From: an uncultured Porphyromonadaceae bacterium
Lineage (GTDB): Bacteria > Bacteroidota > Bacteroidia > Bacteroidales > Muribaculaceae
Assembly (NCBI GenBank): GCA_947177135.1
Contig: CAMWTI010000001.1
Location: forward strand, 101 to 64,100
Direction of reading: 5' to 3'
DNA: 64,000 nucleotides
In this document: positions 28,093-38,123 of the stretch, piece by piece
How the letters are laid out: the number at the start of each line of letters is the position of its first letter
Position numbering within the stretch: position 1 is the stretch's first letter
Position numbers and translations under genes: made by a program
Notes under the pieces: generated by a model
What the model was told of the DNA's origin: nothing
What the model saw: the letters and a program-made list of their open reading frames with translations, nothing else
Databases searched by the model: none

Positions 28093-28100
28093 CAAAGTTA
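28093..28100 (-). promoter_or_regulatory. Bacteroidota -7 promoter box (TAACTTTG on minus strand) for the small lipoprotein gene
   Basis: Matches TAnnTTTG 53 nt upstream of the ATG at 28040. Confidence 0.5.
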
Positions 28101-28207
28101 TGGCAAAAAAATGAACTTGCAAACATTTTTTAGTATTTTTTTTGATTTTTAGCTAAAAAAAGATATTTTTTCTTTGTCTGCAAATTTCAGAATCATTGTA
28201 TCTACCA

Positions 28208-29500
28208 CTATGACAACACTTTCACCCTCACGCTTGCAATGCGGTGTGATGCGATGTTAAGAACCAGAAATCGGCATTTGCCATATGCCAGACTCTCTTT
28301 TTCTTTCGGGAAGTCGCCTTTTATGGCCAGAAGCATGCCGGCAAGCGTCTCGCAGTCTTCGGTCACTCCGGCAAAAGCGTCTTCATCCAGTCCGGTTATA
28401 CGGAAAAAGTCGTTGAGCAACGTTTTTCCGTCAAAGACGTATGTGTCGTCCGGCAACCGACGATATGTCTGCTGCTCTTCGTCGTATTCGTCATTGATGT
28501 CGCCGACAATCTCTTCGAGCACGTCTTCAAGAGTAACCACCCCCTGCGTTCCGCCGAATTCGTCGACCACGATGGCCATATGCACTTTGCGCCGGCGGAA
28601 GTCTTCGAGAAGGTCGTCGATCATACGCGACTCCGGGACAAAATATGCCTGACGCAGAAGAGTCTGCCAGCGGAATCCCTCAGGGCGTCCCTCGACATAG
28701 GGGAGGAGGTCGCGGCTGTAGAGCACTCCTTTTATATTGTCCTGAGTCCGTTCATAGACAGGAATACGGGCATAGCCGCTCTCGTTGACCACTTCCATCA
28801 CCTTTGAAAAGTCTGAGTCCATGTCGAGATCGGTCATGTCGACGCGCGGCGTCATGATCTCGGACGCGGTGGTATCACCGAATTTCAGGATTTCCTGAAG
28901 CATCTGGCGGTCATCGCGCTTCTCCACGTCGTCGGTCAGTTCCAGTGCCTGGCTCAGTTCGTCGGCAGATATGTTATGGGGCTTTTTGGCGACTACACGG
29001 TGCACGATCGAGGAGCTGCGCACAAGCATAGACGCAGGCAGGTAGAGCAACCTGACAAGAAAGGAGAGGACGCCTGAAGCCATGTGCGCCCACTTGAGCG
29101 GCCTGGTCTGGGCGTATAGTTTCGGGAGTATTTCGCCGAACAATAGAATCAGAAAGGTCAGGATAACAGACTGCAGGATGAAACTCAGCACCGCACCCAT
29201 GCCCGAAAAGACAGGCCCCAGGGCAAAGTTGGTGAGCACGACTATTGTCACATTGACCAGATTGTTGGCGATGAGTATGGTCGCGAGCAGCCGCTCGGGA
29301 TTGGCGAGCAACCTGCGCACCGCGGCATTGCGGTCGGCCGAATCATGTTCCCGGTCATCTTCATCGAGTGTGTCGGGCGAAATGGAGAAAAAGGCTATTT
29401 CACTTCCCGACACGAAGCCGGAAGCCACCAGTGCCATAATGGCGATGACAAGAGCCACGATCTGCGTGGCATTCAGATATAAAAACGGGTCAGGGTCCAT
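28208..29500 (-). CDS. gldE: CNNM/CorC-HlyC family membrane protein (DUF21 + CBS pair + CorC_HlyC; annotated GldE in Bacteroidota)
   Basis: 430 aa. The N-terminal region has four TM segments, followed by a CBS pair (IMTPRVDM..., GYARIPVY) and the C-terminal transporter-associated domain. Confidence 0.8.
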   Translation of the reverse strand: MDPDPFLYLNATQIVALVIAIMALVASGFVSGSEIAFFSISPDTLDEDDREHDSADRNAAVRRLLANPERLLATILIANNLVNVTIVVLTNFALGPVFSGMGAVLSFILQSVILTFLILLFGEILPKLYAQTRPLKWAHMASGVLSFLVRLLYLPASMLVRSSSIVHRVVAKKPHNISADELSQALELTDDVEKRDDRQMLQEILKFGDTTASEIMTPRVDMTDLDMDSDFSKVMEVVNESGYARIPVYERTQDNIKGVLYSRDLLPYVEGRPEGFRWQTLLRQAYFVPESRMIDDLLEDFRRRKVHMAIVVDEFGGTQGVVTLEDVLEEIVGDINDEYDEEQQTYRRLPDDTYVFDGKTLLNDFFRITGLDEDAFAGVTEDCETLAGMLLAIKGDFPKEKESLAYGKCRFLVLNIASHRIASVRVKVLS

Positions 29501-29600
29501 AAATCGACCGCAAATTTAGCACTTTTTCCGCATTCTGCCAAAAATGCGACATCGTCCCCGGCAATAAGCCGGAGACGATGGCATGATTCGAAGCGTATGG

Positions 29601-30311
29601 TCAGTAAACGAGAGTTCCGATCGGCTCGCCGGAGAGAACTTTGGCGAGATTTCCCGGGGTATCCATGTCGAACACGATGATCGGCAGGTGGTTTTCCTTG
29701 CACATGGCCGTTGCCGTGAGATCCATCACCTTGAGGCCCCGCTGATAGACTTCATCGTATGTGATGGAGTCGAACTTTGTGGCAGATGGATCTTTTTCGG
29801 GGTCGGCGGTGTAGATGCCGTCGACTCGCGTTCCCTTGAGCATCACGTCGGCCTCGACCTCCACACCTCGAAGCGAGGCGCCGGTGTCGGTGGTAAAGAA
29901 GGGATTGCCTGTTCCGCCGCTGAGAATGGCCACTTTTCCTGCGCGCATGGCGTCAATGGCGCGCCATTTTGAATAGTGGTGACCTATGGGATGCATTGCA
30001 ATGGCCGTAAGCACTTCAGCCGGTTGTCCGACTGATTCGAGAGCAGAACTGAGTGCCAGCGAGTTGATTACGGTGGCAAGCATTCCCATCTGGTCGCCCT
30101 TGACTCTGTCGAAGCCTTGCGAGGCGCCTTTCAGTCCGCGGAATATGTTGCCTCCGCCGATGACGATAGCCACTTCGATGCCGGAGCGCACTGCTTCAGC
30201 GATCTGGACGGCATACTGGTTAAGGCGGGTGGTGTCTATTCCGTGGCCCGAGCCAGCGGCGAGAGATTCGCCGCTCAGCTTCAGGAGCACACGTTTGAAT
30301 TTACGCTCCAT
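29601..30311 (-). CDS. pyrH: UMP kinase
   Basis: KRVLLKLSGESL, VIGGGNIFRG and the amino-acid-kinase fold. The start is taken at MERKFKR. Confidence 0.95.
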   Translation of the reverse strand: MERKFKRVLLKLSGESLAAGSGHGIDTTRLNQYAVQIAEAVRSGIEVAIVIGGGNIFRGLKGASQGFDRVKGDQMGMLATVINSLALSSALESVGQPAEVLTAIAMHPIGHHYSKWRAIDAMRAGKVAILSGGTGNPFFTTDTGASLRGVEVEADVMLKGTRVDGIYTADPEKDPSATKFDSITYDEVYQRGLKVMDLTATAMCKENHLPIIVFDMDTPGNLAKVLSGEPIGTLVY

Positions 30312-30318
30312 ATCCGGA

Positions 30319-31998
30319 TCAGAGGACTGAAGAGATGTTGAAGCGCGAGAATTCGAGGTCGTTGCGCGCACGGTCGGCCATCGTGCGGTCGAGTCTGATG
30401 GACTGACGCAGGTTGGTGATGATCATCGCCTCGTTGTTGGTGCGTGCGCCGAGCACTGCCATTATATAATATGTGTAGGCATCGGGGTTGGAGATTGCGG
30501 CAAGAGTTTTCTTGGCGCCGGAGTAGTCCTTGGTGAGGATCTGGGCCACGGCGGCATTGTTGGAGTTAACACCTTCGAGGGCACGGGCAGCAGCGACGTT
30601 GTCACCCTGTTTGAGATAGTATACGCCGAGAGCTTCGCCAAGTTCAGGAGCGGCGGCGGCATTGCCGAAGCGGCTCTGGGCACCTTCGTAGTCAGCGTCG
30701 ATCATGTCTACCAGACCGAGATTCATCTGTGGTTCGGCAGCGGCCGGGGCCAGGCGTGCGGCCTGGGCGAAGCATTCGCGTGCGGCGGCATAGTCACCGG
30801 CGCGATACTGGCAGAGACCAACGTTGTTGAATGTGCGGTAGTCGGTGGGATAGAGTTCGGCGGCGGTGGAGTAGATCTGAACTTTTTCGTCGTTGTTGTC
30901 AGTGAGCGTGGCGAGATAGAGAAGTTCGTCAACACTGAGTTCAGACGGGTTGGAGCGATATGCCGCACGGATTTCGTCGTCGCTCTTGCCGATCACGTTG
31001 ATTTTGGCGCTGATGCGCGAGTAGCGCAGCTGCGGCAGGATCTCTTCGGCCAGCTGTTCGAAGACGTTGGTGAGGTTGCGCAGTTCACGGTCGCGTACAT
31101 CGGGGTCTTTATACATCTGCAGTACGCTGAGGATAAGATCCTTGTCCTGGATGTTGCTGGCTTCGACCAGGCGCTTGAAACCGTCCCAGTCTTCGGGGGT
31201 GAAATCGGCGGTGAGTTCTCCGAACGACTTTCCTTTGAGCTGCTTGTTCATGTAGTCGACGGTGGTCTTTTCGCGTTTTTCGGCAAGCTTGGAGTTGTAT
31301 TCCATCGTGCCGTCGGGCGAGGCATATGAGCGGATGTTGATCTCCTCGATCTCGCGGCGTGCGTCTGCATTGGCCTCGTCTATCTGTTTGTGGAGGTTGG
31401 TCACGGCCTCTGTGCGCAGCTGATTGTCGCGGATGTTTGCCTGATTGATCAGGAACATGATGTCAGCATCATATTTTTCAGCTATAACGCGCTGGAATTT
31501 GTCGGTGCCGAGAGCAGGGTTGACAGAGCCTACGGTGGCGAGAGTGGCGGTTGCGACCACTCCGTCGGCAACTGTCACGCGGGGGAGGACATATGTTTTT
31601 GAGCCTTGAACCACGTTGAAGGCCAGCTCGAGGTTGCTGTGTGCCATTTCAGGGGTGTAGGCCACCTTGACCGGAATGGTCACCGCGCCACCTTTGTCAT
31701 ATGAGATGGTCGGGTTGTTGCCACGCACTTTCTCGCCCTGGAAGGTGTATGATGCGGAAGCGGCCTCACCACCCTGCCATGCGATGTAGGGGGTGACGGT
31801 CACCACGGCGTTTTTCCGGAAATATTTGGCAGGAATGCGAGCCGACACTGTGGCCGGAACGTTTTCGCCGACAACTTCAAGAGGATTGGGGTTGACTGTG
31901 AAATAGTCCGCTTTCATCTGCCCGAGCTTTTTTGAGCAGCCAGTCGTGAGGGTCATGACTGCGGCCAAGGCAAGAGTGATAGAGATTTTGCTGTTCAT
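30319..31998 (-). CDS. Lipoprotein with C-terminal TPR repeats
   Basis: Signal/lipobox MNSKISITLALAAVMTLTTGC. The C-terminal third has TPR-like repeats (AELYPTDYRTFNNVGLCQYRAGDYAAARECFAQAARLAP). Confidence 0.5.
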   Translation of the reverse strand: MNSKISITLALAAVMTLTTGCSKKLGQMKADYFTVNPNPLEVVGENVPATVSARIPAKYFRKNAVVTVTPYIAWQGGEAASASYTFQGEKVRGNNPTISYDKGGAVTIPVKVAYTPEMAHSNLELAFNVVQGSKTYVLPRVTVADGVVATATLATVGSVNPALGTDKFQRVIAEKYDADIMFLINQANIRDNQLRTEAVTNLHKQIDEANADARREIEEINIRSYASPDGTMEYNSKLAEKREKTTVDYMNKQLKGKSFGELTADFTPEDWDGFKRLVEASNIQDKDLILSVLQMYKDPDVRDRELRNLTNVFEQLAEEILPQLRYSRISAKINVIGKSDDEIRAAYRSNPSELSVDELLYLATLTDNNDEKVQIYSTAAELYPTDYRTFNNVGLCQYRAGDYAAARECFAQAARLAPAAAEPQMNLGLVDMIDADYEGAQSRFGNAAAAPELGEALGVYYLKQGDNVAAARALEGVNSNNAAVAQILTKDYSGAKKTLAAISNPDAYTYYIMAVLGARTNNEAMIITNLRQSIRLDRTMADRARNDLEFSRFNISSVL

Positions 31999-32043
31999 TT
32001 TTACGATGGATGAATGGTTTAATGTAGTAATATTAACTGACCG

Positions 32044-32051
32044 CAAATTTA
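32044..32051 (-). promoter_or_regulatory. Bacteroidota -7 promoter box (TAAATTTG on minus strand)
   Basis: Matches TAnnTTTG 46 nt upstream of the ATG at 31998. Confidence 0.45.
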
Positions 32052-32210
32052 GCAATAATTTTTGAGTCACATCACATAATAACCGATTAAAGTGCGTCAT
32101 GATCCGTCTTGACCATGCAGTTTTTAAGGGTTACGCATCATGTCTCGGCTACAATATGATTTTTTTTGATGAAAATTTGTTTTTTTAGGTGCGGTTCGGA
32201 GATTTGTGCG

Positions 32211-32218
32211 TAACTTTG
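32211..32218 (+). promoter_or_regulatory. Bacteroidota -7 promoter box (TAACTTTG) upstream of purF
   Basis: Matches TAnnTTTG 41 nt upstream of the ATG at 32259. Confidence 0.5.
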
Positions 32219-32258
32219 CACTTTCATTTCCAACATCAGATACAAAGTAACAGATCTT

Positions 32259-33671
32259 ATGGGAGGTTTCTTTGGGGTCGCCGCCAAGCATAGTTGCCGT
32301 GCCGACCTGTTTTATGGAGTTGACTACAACTCCCATCTTGGCACCCGTCGCGCGGGTATGGCCACATTTGACTCGGCGGAGCACCGTTTCTGCCGTTCGA
32401 TCCACAGCCTTGAAAGCACTTATTTCCGGACAAAATTCGAGGCCGAACTTCCAAAGTTCAAAGGCGACACCGGCATCGGAGTGATCAGCGACACCGATCC
32501 GCAGCCTATCATCATCAATTCCCACCTTGGCAAATACGCGATAGTCACAGTGGCCAAGATCAGCAACATCGACGCGCTTGAGCGTGAGTTGCTCGACGCA
32601 GGAGTCCATTTCGGAGAGCTGAGCGGAGGCGTGACCAACCAGACGGAGCTTGTGGCTCTGCTGATCAACCGCGGACGCACGTTTACAGAAGGAATCGAGA
32701 ATGTGTACAACAAGATCAAAGGCTCATGCTCGATGCTGATACTGACAGAGCACAACTCCATCATCGCCGCGCGCGACAGACTCGGACGTACCCCAATCGT
32801 GCTCGGACACAAAGACGGCGCCTATGCGGCCACGTCGGAAACGACGGCGTTTCCCAATCTGGAGTTCGAGCCTCTGCGAGATCTCGGGCCTGGCGAGATC
32901 GTGGAGTTCACGGCCGACGGGGTGAACGTGCTGCGCGAACCGGGCGAAGATATGCAGATTTGTTCGTTTCTGTGGGTATATTACGGATTCCCCACTTCAT
33001 GTTATGAGGGGAAGAACGTGGAAGAGATGCGTTTTGACACCGGCTTCAGCATGGGGCGGGAAGACGACACTCCGGTTGACTGCGCGTGCGGCATACCGGA
33101 CTCAGGCGTTGGCATGGCTCTGGGATATGCCGCCGGCAAGGGCGTTCCCTACCGCCGTTGCATATCGAAGTACACTCCCACATGGCCGCGCAGCTTCACT
33201 CCCAGCGACCAGTCCATGCGCAATCTTGTGGCAAAGATGAAACTGGTGCCAAACCGTGCCATGCTGTCGGGCAAGCGCGCTCTGTTCTGCGACGACTCGA
33301 TAGTGCGCGGGACCCAGCTCAACGACAACGTTAAAGAGCTGTTCAGATATGGCGCCAAGGAGGTGCATATGCGCATTGCCTGCCCTCCGCTCATTTATGG
33401 ATGCCGCTATGTTGGCTTTACCTCCTCAAAGAGCGACATGGAACTGCTGACCCGCCGCATCATCGGCGAGCTTGAAGGCGATCCTGACAAGAATCTGGAA
33501 GAATATGCCCGCACAGGCTCGCCGCAATACTGCGCGATGGTGGAGAAGATACGCCAGCGCTTCAATCTGACATCGTTGAAGTTCAACACCATCGAGACGC
33601 TGATCGAGGCAATAGGGCTGCCCAAGTGCAAGGTGTGCACGCATTGCTTCGATGGAACAGGCCGCGGCTGA
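32259..33671 (+). CDS. purF: Amidophosphoribosyltransferase-like protein (Ntn glutamine amidotransferase + PRT domain)
   Basis: 470 aa. It resembles the Bacteroidales purF-type family by an N-terminal GATase-2-like region and the PRPP loop LFCDDSIVRGTQL. Confidence 0.8.
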   Translation: MGGFFGVAAKHSCRADLFYGVDYNSHLGTRRAGMATFDSAEHRFCRSIHSLESTYFRTKFEAELPKFKGDTGIGVISDTDPQPIIINSHLGKYAIVTVAKISNIDALERELLDAGVHFGELSGGVTNQTELVALLINRGRTFTEGIENVYNKIKGSCSMLILTEHNSIIAARDRLGRTPIVLGHKDGAYAATSETTAFPNLEFEPLRDLGPGEIVEFTADGVNVLREPGEDMQICSFLWVYYGFPTSCYEGKNVEEMRFDTGFSMGREDDTPVDCACGIPDSGVGMALGYAAGKGVPYRRCISKYTPTWPRSFTPSDQSMRNLVAKMKLVPNRAMLSGKRALFCDDSIVRGTQLNDNVKELFRYGAKEVHMRIACPPLIYGCRYVGFTSSKSDMELLTRRIIGELEGDPDKNLEEYARTGSPQYCAMVEKIRQRFNLTSLKFNTIETLIEAIGLPKCKVCTHCFDGTGRG

Positions 33672-33720
33672 TTTAACTATTATTAACACTACCGAAAGTT
33701 CTTATCCAGCAGAAAAAGAG

Positions 33721-33728
33721 TAACTTTG
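33721..33728 (+). promoter_or_regulatory. Bacteroidota -7 promoter box (TAACTTTG) upstream of rplU-rpmA
   Basis: Matches TAnnTTTG 99 nt upstream of the rplU ATG. Confidence 0.5.
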
Positions 33729-33826
33729 CACCCGCAAAATCATATTTATTTCGCACGGGCCGACCAAGAAGGCGGCATAGCGCGGCCTCGCCCGACGAAG
33801 CTAACCATCTACACCTAACCAAACTA

Positions 33827-34147
33827 ATGTACGTTATCGTAGAAATCCAGGGCCAGCAGTTCAAAGCTGAAAAGGACAAGTTCCTTTATGTCCACTATCT
33901 CGGCGACAATGCCGCAGAAGGCTCCACAGTTGAGTTTGACCGCGTGCTTCTCGTTGACGCCGACGGTGCCGTGAAAGTCGGCGCCCCCACCGTTGAAGGC
34001 GCAAAAGTCGTTTGCGAAGTAAAGCGTCAGCTTGTCAAGGGCGACAAAGTCATCGTCTTCAAGAAAAAACGCCGCAAAGGCTATCGCCGCAAAAACGGCC
34101 ATCGTCAGTGCTTCACTCAGGTAGTGATCAAAGAAATTGTTGCATAA
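33827..34147 (+). CDS. rplU: 50S ribosomal protein L21
   Basis: [13 protein letters not shown]... and a length of 106 aa. Confidence 0.95.
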   Translation: MYVIVEIQGQQFKAEKDKFLYVHYLGDNAAEGSTVEFDRVLLVDADGAVKVGAPTVEGAKVVCEVKRQLVKGDKVIVFKKKRRKGYRRKNGHRQCFTQVVIKEIVA

Positions 34148-34172
34148 CTCTTAAACCCCAAGTTAGTAAGAA

Positions 34173-34436
34173 ATGGCACATAAGAAAGGTGTCGGCAGTT
34201 CAAAGAACGGCCGCGAATCAGAAAGCAAACGACTCGGAGTTAAGATTTTTGGCGGCCAGTTCTGCAAGGCCGGCAACATCCTGAAGCGTCAGCGTGGCAC
34301 CGTTCACCATCCCGGTCAGAACGTTGGCATCGGCAAGGACCACACCCTCTATGCTCTCGTAGACGGCACCGTCCTGTTCACCGAAGGCCGCAACGGCCGT
34401 CGCTTCATCAACGTGACTCCTGTGGCCGAGGCATAA
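34173..34436 (+). CDS. rpmA: 50S ribosomal protein L27
   Basis: [24 protein letters not shown]... Confidence 0.97.
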   Translation: MAHKKGVGSSKNGRESESKRLGVKIFGGQFCKAGNILKRQRGTVHHPGQNVGIGKDHTLYALVDGTVLFTEGRNGRRFINVTPVAEA

Positions 34437-34474
34437 GGCTTCGCCACCGCAACACACAAAACCTATTACATGCC

Positions 34475-34504
34475 GCAGGGCGCGACCGACTGGTCGCGCC
34501 CTGC
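34475..34504. terminator. Bidirectional terminator hairpin between rpmA and the carbonic anhydrase gene
   Basis: 13-bp perfect stem GCAGGGCGCGACC / GGTCGCGCCCTGC with a 4-nt loop. Confidence 0.7.
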
Positions 34505-34536
34505 CTGCATCTGTCCGTCACCGGAGACTCTCTGGT

Positions 34537-35076
34537 TCAGATCTTCGAGAGAGCGCCGGTGACGGAGTCCATTATGTATCCGGCGACGCGCACGTCGTCA
34601 GCCATCAGTGGGTGATTGCGTATCAGATCGACGGTCTCGGCCACAGCATCGGCCGTGTCAGTGAATCCGTGCAGCCATCCGTTGAGATCTATGCCGCAGT
34701 GGCGCATCAGCGATATATGCTCTTCGTCGACACCGCGCCCGCGCATCAGCTGAAGCATCTCTTCGGCATCCATGCCCTGCACACCGCATCCGGTGTGGCC
34801 GATGACCATGATCTCGTCGACTCCGAGTTCATAGACGGCCACAAGGAGCGATCGCATTGTGCTGTCAAACGGGTTGGTGATGGTTCCGCCGGCGTTTTTT
34901 ATCATTTTGACATCGCCGTTTCTGAGGCCGAGGGCCGCGGGCAGCAGTTCGACAAGGCGAGTGTCCATGCAGGTCACGATAGCGATGCGCTTGTCGGGAT
35001 ATTTTGAGGTAGCGAAGCGTTCATAGCCTTTGGATGCCACGAACTCGCGGTTGTATTGGAGCAGTTCGTCAATCAT
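34537..35076 (-). CDS. Beta-class carbonic anhydrase
   Basis: Zinc ligand motifs CMDTR (CxDxR) and HTGCG (HxxC). ATGA overlap with the upstream esterase gene stop. Confidence 0.8.
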   Translation of the reverse strand: MIDELLQYNREFVASKGYERFATSKYPDKRIAIVTCMDTRLVELLPAALGLRNGDVKMIKNAGGTITNPFDSTMRSLLVAVYELGVDEIMVIGHTGCGVQGMDAEEMLQLMRGRGVDEEHISLMRHCGIDLNGWLHGFTDTADAVAETVDLIRNHPLMADDVRVAGYIMDSVTGALSKI

Positions 35077-38000
35077 TTCGGTTGAACAGGTGTGAATCGA
35101 GGGGTGCGTATACGTGGTTTCAGTTCTCCGCCCATGAGCAGCATGGTGCGTCCGCCGTCAATGACAGCAGTGGCGGCGCCGGCGCGCGCATAGTCCGGCT
35201 CCCGGTTTCCGATGACCCAGCGGTCGGTCTGCGGATCAAACACGCAGATCCGTCCGTTGAAGCGATACCATTCCTTCGGGTGGGCGAGATAATCGTCGGG
35301 CTGACAGCGGAGCGCATTAAGAAATACTTCGTGGTTAACGCCTCCTGTGCACACGATCTTGCCTCCGATGCATTCAGCCACACCGCCGCCAAGGCTGATC
35401 TTGGTGCGACCGACTGTGGGAGTCGGCAACATCGACCATGAGTCGGAATCGGGATCATAGCGGATTCCGTCACATTGCAGCGTGGGCGAGTCATAGCCTT
35501 CATGGCGTGGTGCGAATCCACCCCAGAGATAAAGCCTTCCGTCAGGCGCCGCGGCCATAACGGGCTGCACGCGCGGATTGCCGGGCATATCGGCCAGGCG
35601 AGCCCATCCGGCCGGAATATCGGCCAGATCGAGCGACAGCAGTCCGCGCCACGGTTTTCCATCGGCGTTTCCGCCGGCCACAAAGATTCTGGTGCCCACT
35701 GCGGCTGCATATGCGTTATCAATCGCCACGGGCAGATCGGGCAGCGGCTCAAGCACGGCCATTGAGTCGGCATCGAGAGTGAGCAGCCAGGCCGAGCGCA
35801 GACCCTCGCCGCCGATCATCGCCAGGCCAAGCGGCGTTGCTGCCGAGGCGCCATAGGCTGTCGGCTGCGGCAAATCGCCGATCCGTTTTCCGTCGGTAGC
35901 CCGATAGATGCCTTTGTAGTAGACTTTTTCGGCATCAGGAGCCAGCGGGTCGTCATAGGGGAAATTGCATCCGCCGGCAATGACAGGCACGTCGCCGACC
36001 GAGCCGCCAAAAGCGGCAGAGACGCCATGCTCCAGACCACGTTCTGTCACGTTGGCCTCTACACGGAACGTCGATGCTGGAAGCGAATCTGAATTCACAA
36101 GATTGGCTTTTGTAAATGGTTGCCAGCCATAGCGGGCAAAACGGGGATTTTTCATATCAGGATTTGTAAGTATGATGGTGTCGGATTTTATGGTTGTGAG
36201 AGCTGGAAGATAAATACCTTCTGTCTCGGCGATTTCGAATGTGAGCGGCGGCGCTCCGTCGGATGTGGTCAAGCCATCGGCATCGGCCATGACAATCCTG
36301 ATCTCTCCGGGAAGCGCCTCGGCCTTGACAGGATGCGGACCGCGCGCAGCGACGTGGTCCATGCCATAGACGTCGTGGAGCGCCAGCCGGGCCAGACGGC
36401 GGCCTACCGGAGCCTTGCGCCTCGGATGCACGTCGTGCGGATCACCGACGTCGTGCGTCACGGCCATGCCGACTCCCGGAATGCTTTCGGCCAGACGGCG
36501 CTGGCTGTCGCGGAAGGCAGGCCACGACGGGCGGCCAAGGCTGCTGAGCTGGGTTGTGAGAAACGGCAGGTCGGGGCGGCCGAATTCCTTGCGCCATGAG
36601 CTTACCAGAAGCGGGAACAAGGTTTCATGCACTTCAAGGTTGTGAGCGTTGCTTTCGCCCTGATACCATATCACGCCCGAAACCGGATAGGCGCCGAGCG
36701 GTCTGATGCCGGCATGAAACAGGTATGACGGTTCATAGGGGTGACGGTGGCCACTCCGGCGTCCGCCGATATTCTCGGCGGCACGTTCCTGCACCCAGGG
36801 CTGGACATAGTCGTTACTGAGCCAGTCAAGCAGAATTTCGGGCAGACCGTGGCGCAGTGTCTCGATGTCGACAAAGCTTTCGGTTCCGGCTCCGCCGACC
36901 GGATTGGAGATAATGCCCACGGGCACCTGCAGCGAGTCGGCGAGCATAGCGCCAAAATGCCAGGCCACGGCCGAGAAGCGGCCGTCGGGGCGTTCCCACC
37001 TTGCCGGCAGATAATAATCGAGCGTATCAACCGCAGCCAGCACGCTGTCGGGCCACTGGCCCGCGGCGGGACGTAGACGGTCGCTCATCCGGAATACCCG
37101 CAGCAGCGGGTTTCCCGCCGGATCGGCCGGAGCATCGTCGCTCCAGTCCAGCTGGAACTCCATGTTGCTCTGGCCCGAAGCGATCCAGACCTCGCCGGCC
37201 ATCACGTCGGCAAACCGCAGCGTGGTGTCGCCGTCGGTCACTGTCATTTCATACGGTCCGCCGGCCGTCAGAGGCGGCATGGTCACATGCCAGCGACCGC
37301 GGTTGTCGGCCCTCGCGGAGCGTGTGGTTCCGGCCAGAGCCACGGTCACTTCGACGCCTGAATCGGCTCGTCCGCCCAACTTAAGGAATCGGTCACGCGG
37401 CAGCACCATCGAGTCTCCATAGACCGGCGGGAGCGCCAGTCCTCCCCACCGTCCGGTGATGGCCCCGCGCACATAGTCGGCCATCAGCATGGTTCCCTCG
37501 GGCACGGGATGCAGATTATCGGGCAGCAGTTCGGGACGGCCGTCAAGCGGCTCGGCAAAGTCGATCAGTTCGGCGCCCGTGTGTCGGGCCACGTCGGCGA
37601 TCCGCTCCCGGATCAAGTCGCGCCACTGGCGTGTGCCCGACTTGAAGCGGCGGTGTGCGGTGCCGATCGGGGCCATGTTGGCCACGATGATCCTCACTTT
37701 CGGATTGATGGACCTCAGGGTGTCGATCAGCCAGCAATAGTCGGTTGAGAAGGAGTCAGACCAGTGTGGCCAGTCGCGCGGATCGGTGTCGTTCGTGCCG
37801 AGGTGGATCACGGCGATGTCAGGGGCGAAGTCGAAGGCCCTCGCCGCCTCGGCGGTCTTGTGCCACGGATTGTGGCCGTTGCGCAGCAGAGTGGCTCCGT
37901 TGCGTCCGAAGTTGCCGACCTCGAAGCCAGAGCCGAGCATCTGCTGCAGGCGTGCCGGATAAGACTGAATGTCGCGGTCAGCCAATCCCGCGCCATAGGT

Positions 38001-38117
38001 TATGCTGTTGCCGATGCAGGCCACCTTCACTCTGGCCGTCGTGGCGGCGCATACCGCCGGCGCAGCGGCCAGTGCCGCCGCAGCCCAGAGAATCGTCTTG
38101 CGGATACGTCGTCCCAT
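35073..38117 (-). CDS. Three-module sialic-acid processing protein: SGNH/GDSL hydrolase + sialate O-acetylesterase (SASA/DUF303) + cyclically permuted Kelch mutarotase (NanM-like)
   Basis: Signal peptide. SGNH blocks are IGNSITYG, GRNGAT, GTND and DNLHP. The SASA domain is marked by IASGQSNMEF and VIWYQGESNA. The C-terminal ~330 aa resemble the cyclically permuted mutarotase family (VIAGGCNFP..., repeated GG/Kelch blades, LMGGELKP). Confidence 0.75.
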   Translation of the reverse strand: MGRRIRKTILWAAAALAAAPAVCAATTARVKVACIGNSITYGAGLADRDIQSYPARLQQMLGSGFEVGNFGRNGATLLRNGHNPWHKTAEAARAFDFAPDIAVIHLGTNDTDPRDWPHWSDSFSTDYCWLIDTLRSINPKVRIIVANMAPIGTAHRRFKSGTRQWRDLIRERIADVARHTGAELIDFAEPLDGRPELLPDNLHPVPEGTMLMADYVRGAITGRWGGLALPPVYGDSMVLPRDRFLKLGGRADSGVEVTVALAGTTRSARADNRGRWHVTMPPLTAGGPYEMTVTDGDTTLRFADVMAGEVWIASGQSNMEFQLDWSDDAPADPAGNPLLRVFRMSDRLRPAAGQWPDSVLAAVDTLDYYLPARWERPDGRFSAVAWHFGAMLADSLQVPVGIISNPVGGAGTESFVDIETLRHGLPEILLDWLSNDYVQPWVQERAAENIGGRRSGHRHPYEPSYLFHAGIRPLGAYPVSGVIWYQGESNAHNLEVHETLFPLLVSSWRKEFGRPDLPFLTTQLSSLGRPSWPAFRDSQRRLAESIPGVGMAVTHDVGDPHDVHPRRKAPVGRRLARLALHDVYGMDHVAARGPHPVKAEALPGEIRIVMADADGLTTSDGAPPLTFEIAETEGIYLPALTTIKSDTIILTNPDMKNPRFARYGWQPFTKANLVNSDSLPASTFRVEANVTERGLEHGVSAAFGGSVGDVPVIAGGCNFPYDDPLAPDAEKVYYKGIYRATDGKRIGDLPQPTAYGASAATPLGLAMIGGEGLRSAWLLTLDADSMAVLEPLPDLPVAIDNAYAAAVGTRIFVAGGNADGKPWRGLLSLDLADIPAGWARLADMPGNPRVQPVMAAAPDGRLYLWGGFAPRHEGYDSPTLQCDGIRYDPDSDSWSMLPTPTVGRTKISLGGGVAECIGGKIVCTGGVNHEVFLNALRCQPDDYLAHPKEWYRFNGRICVFDPQTDRWVIGNREPDYARAGAATAVIDGGRTMLLMGGELKPRIRTPRFTPVQPK

Positions 38118-38123
38118 ACAGCG

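Noticed and set aside
33729-33826. Possible structured ribosomal-protein leader upstream of rplU
   Set aside because: Only short (5-bp), mutually exclusive GC pairings (CGGGC/GCCCG or GGCCG/CGGCC) can be drawn. That is too weak to call without covariation evidence.
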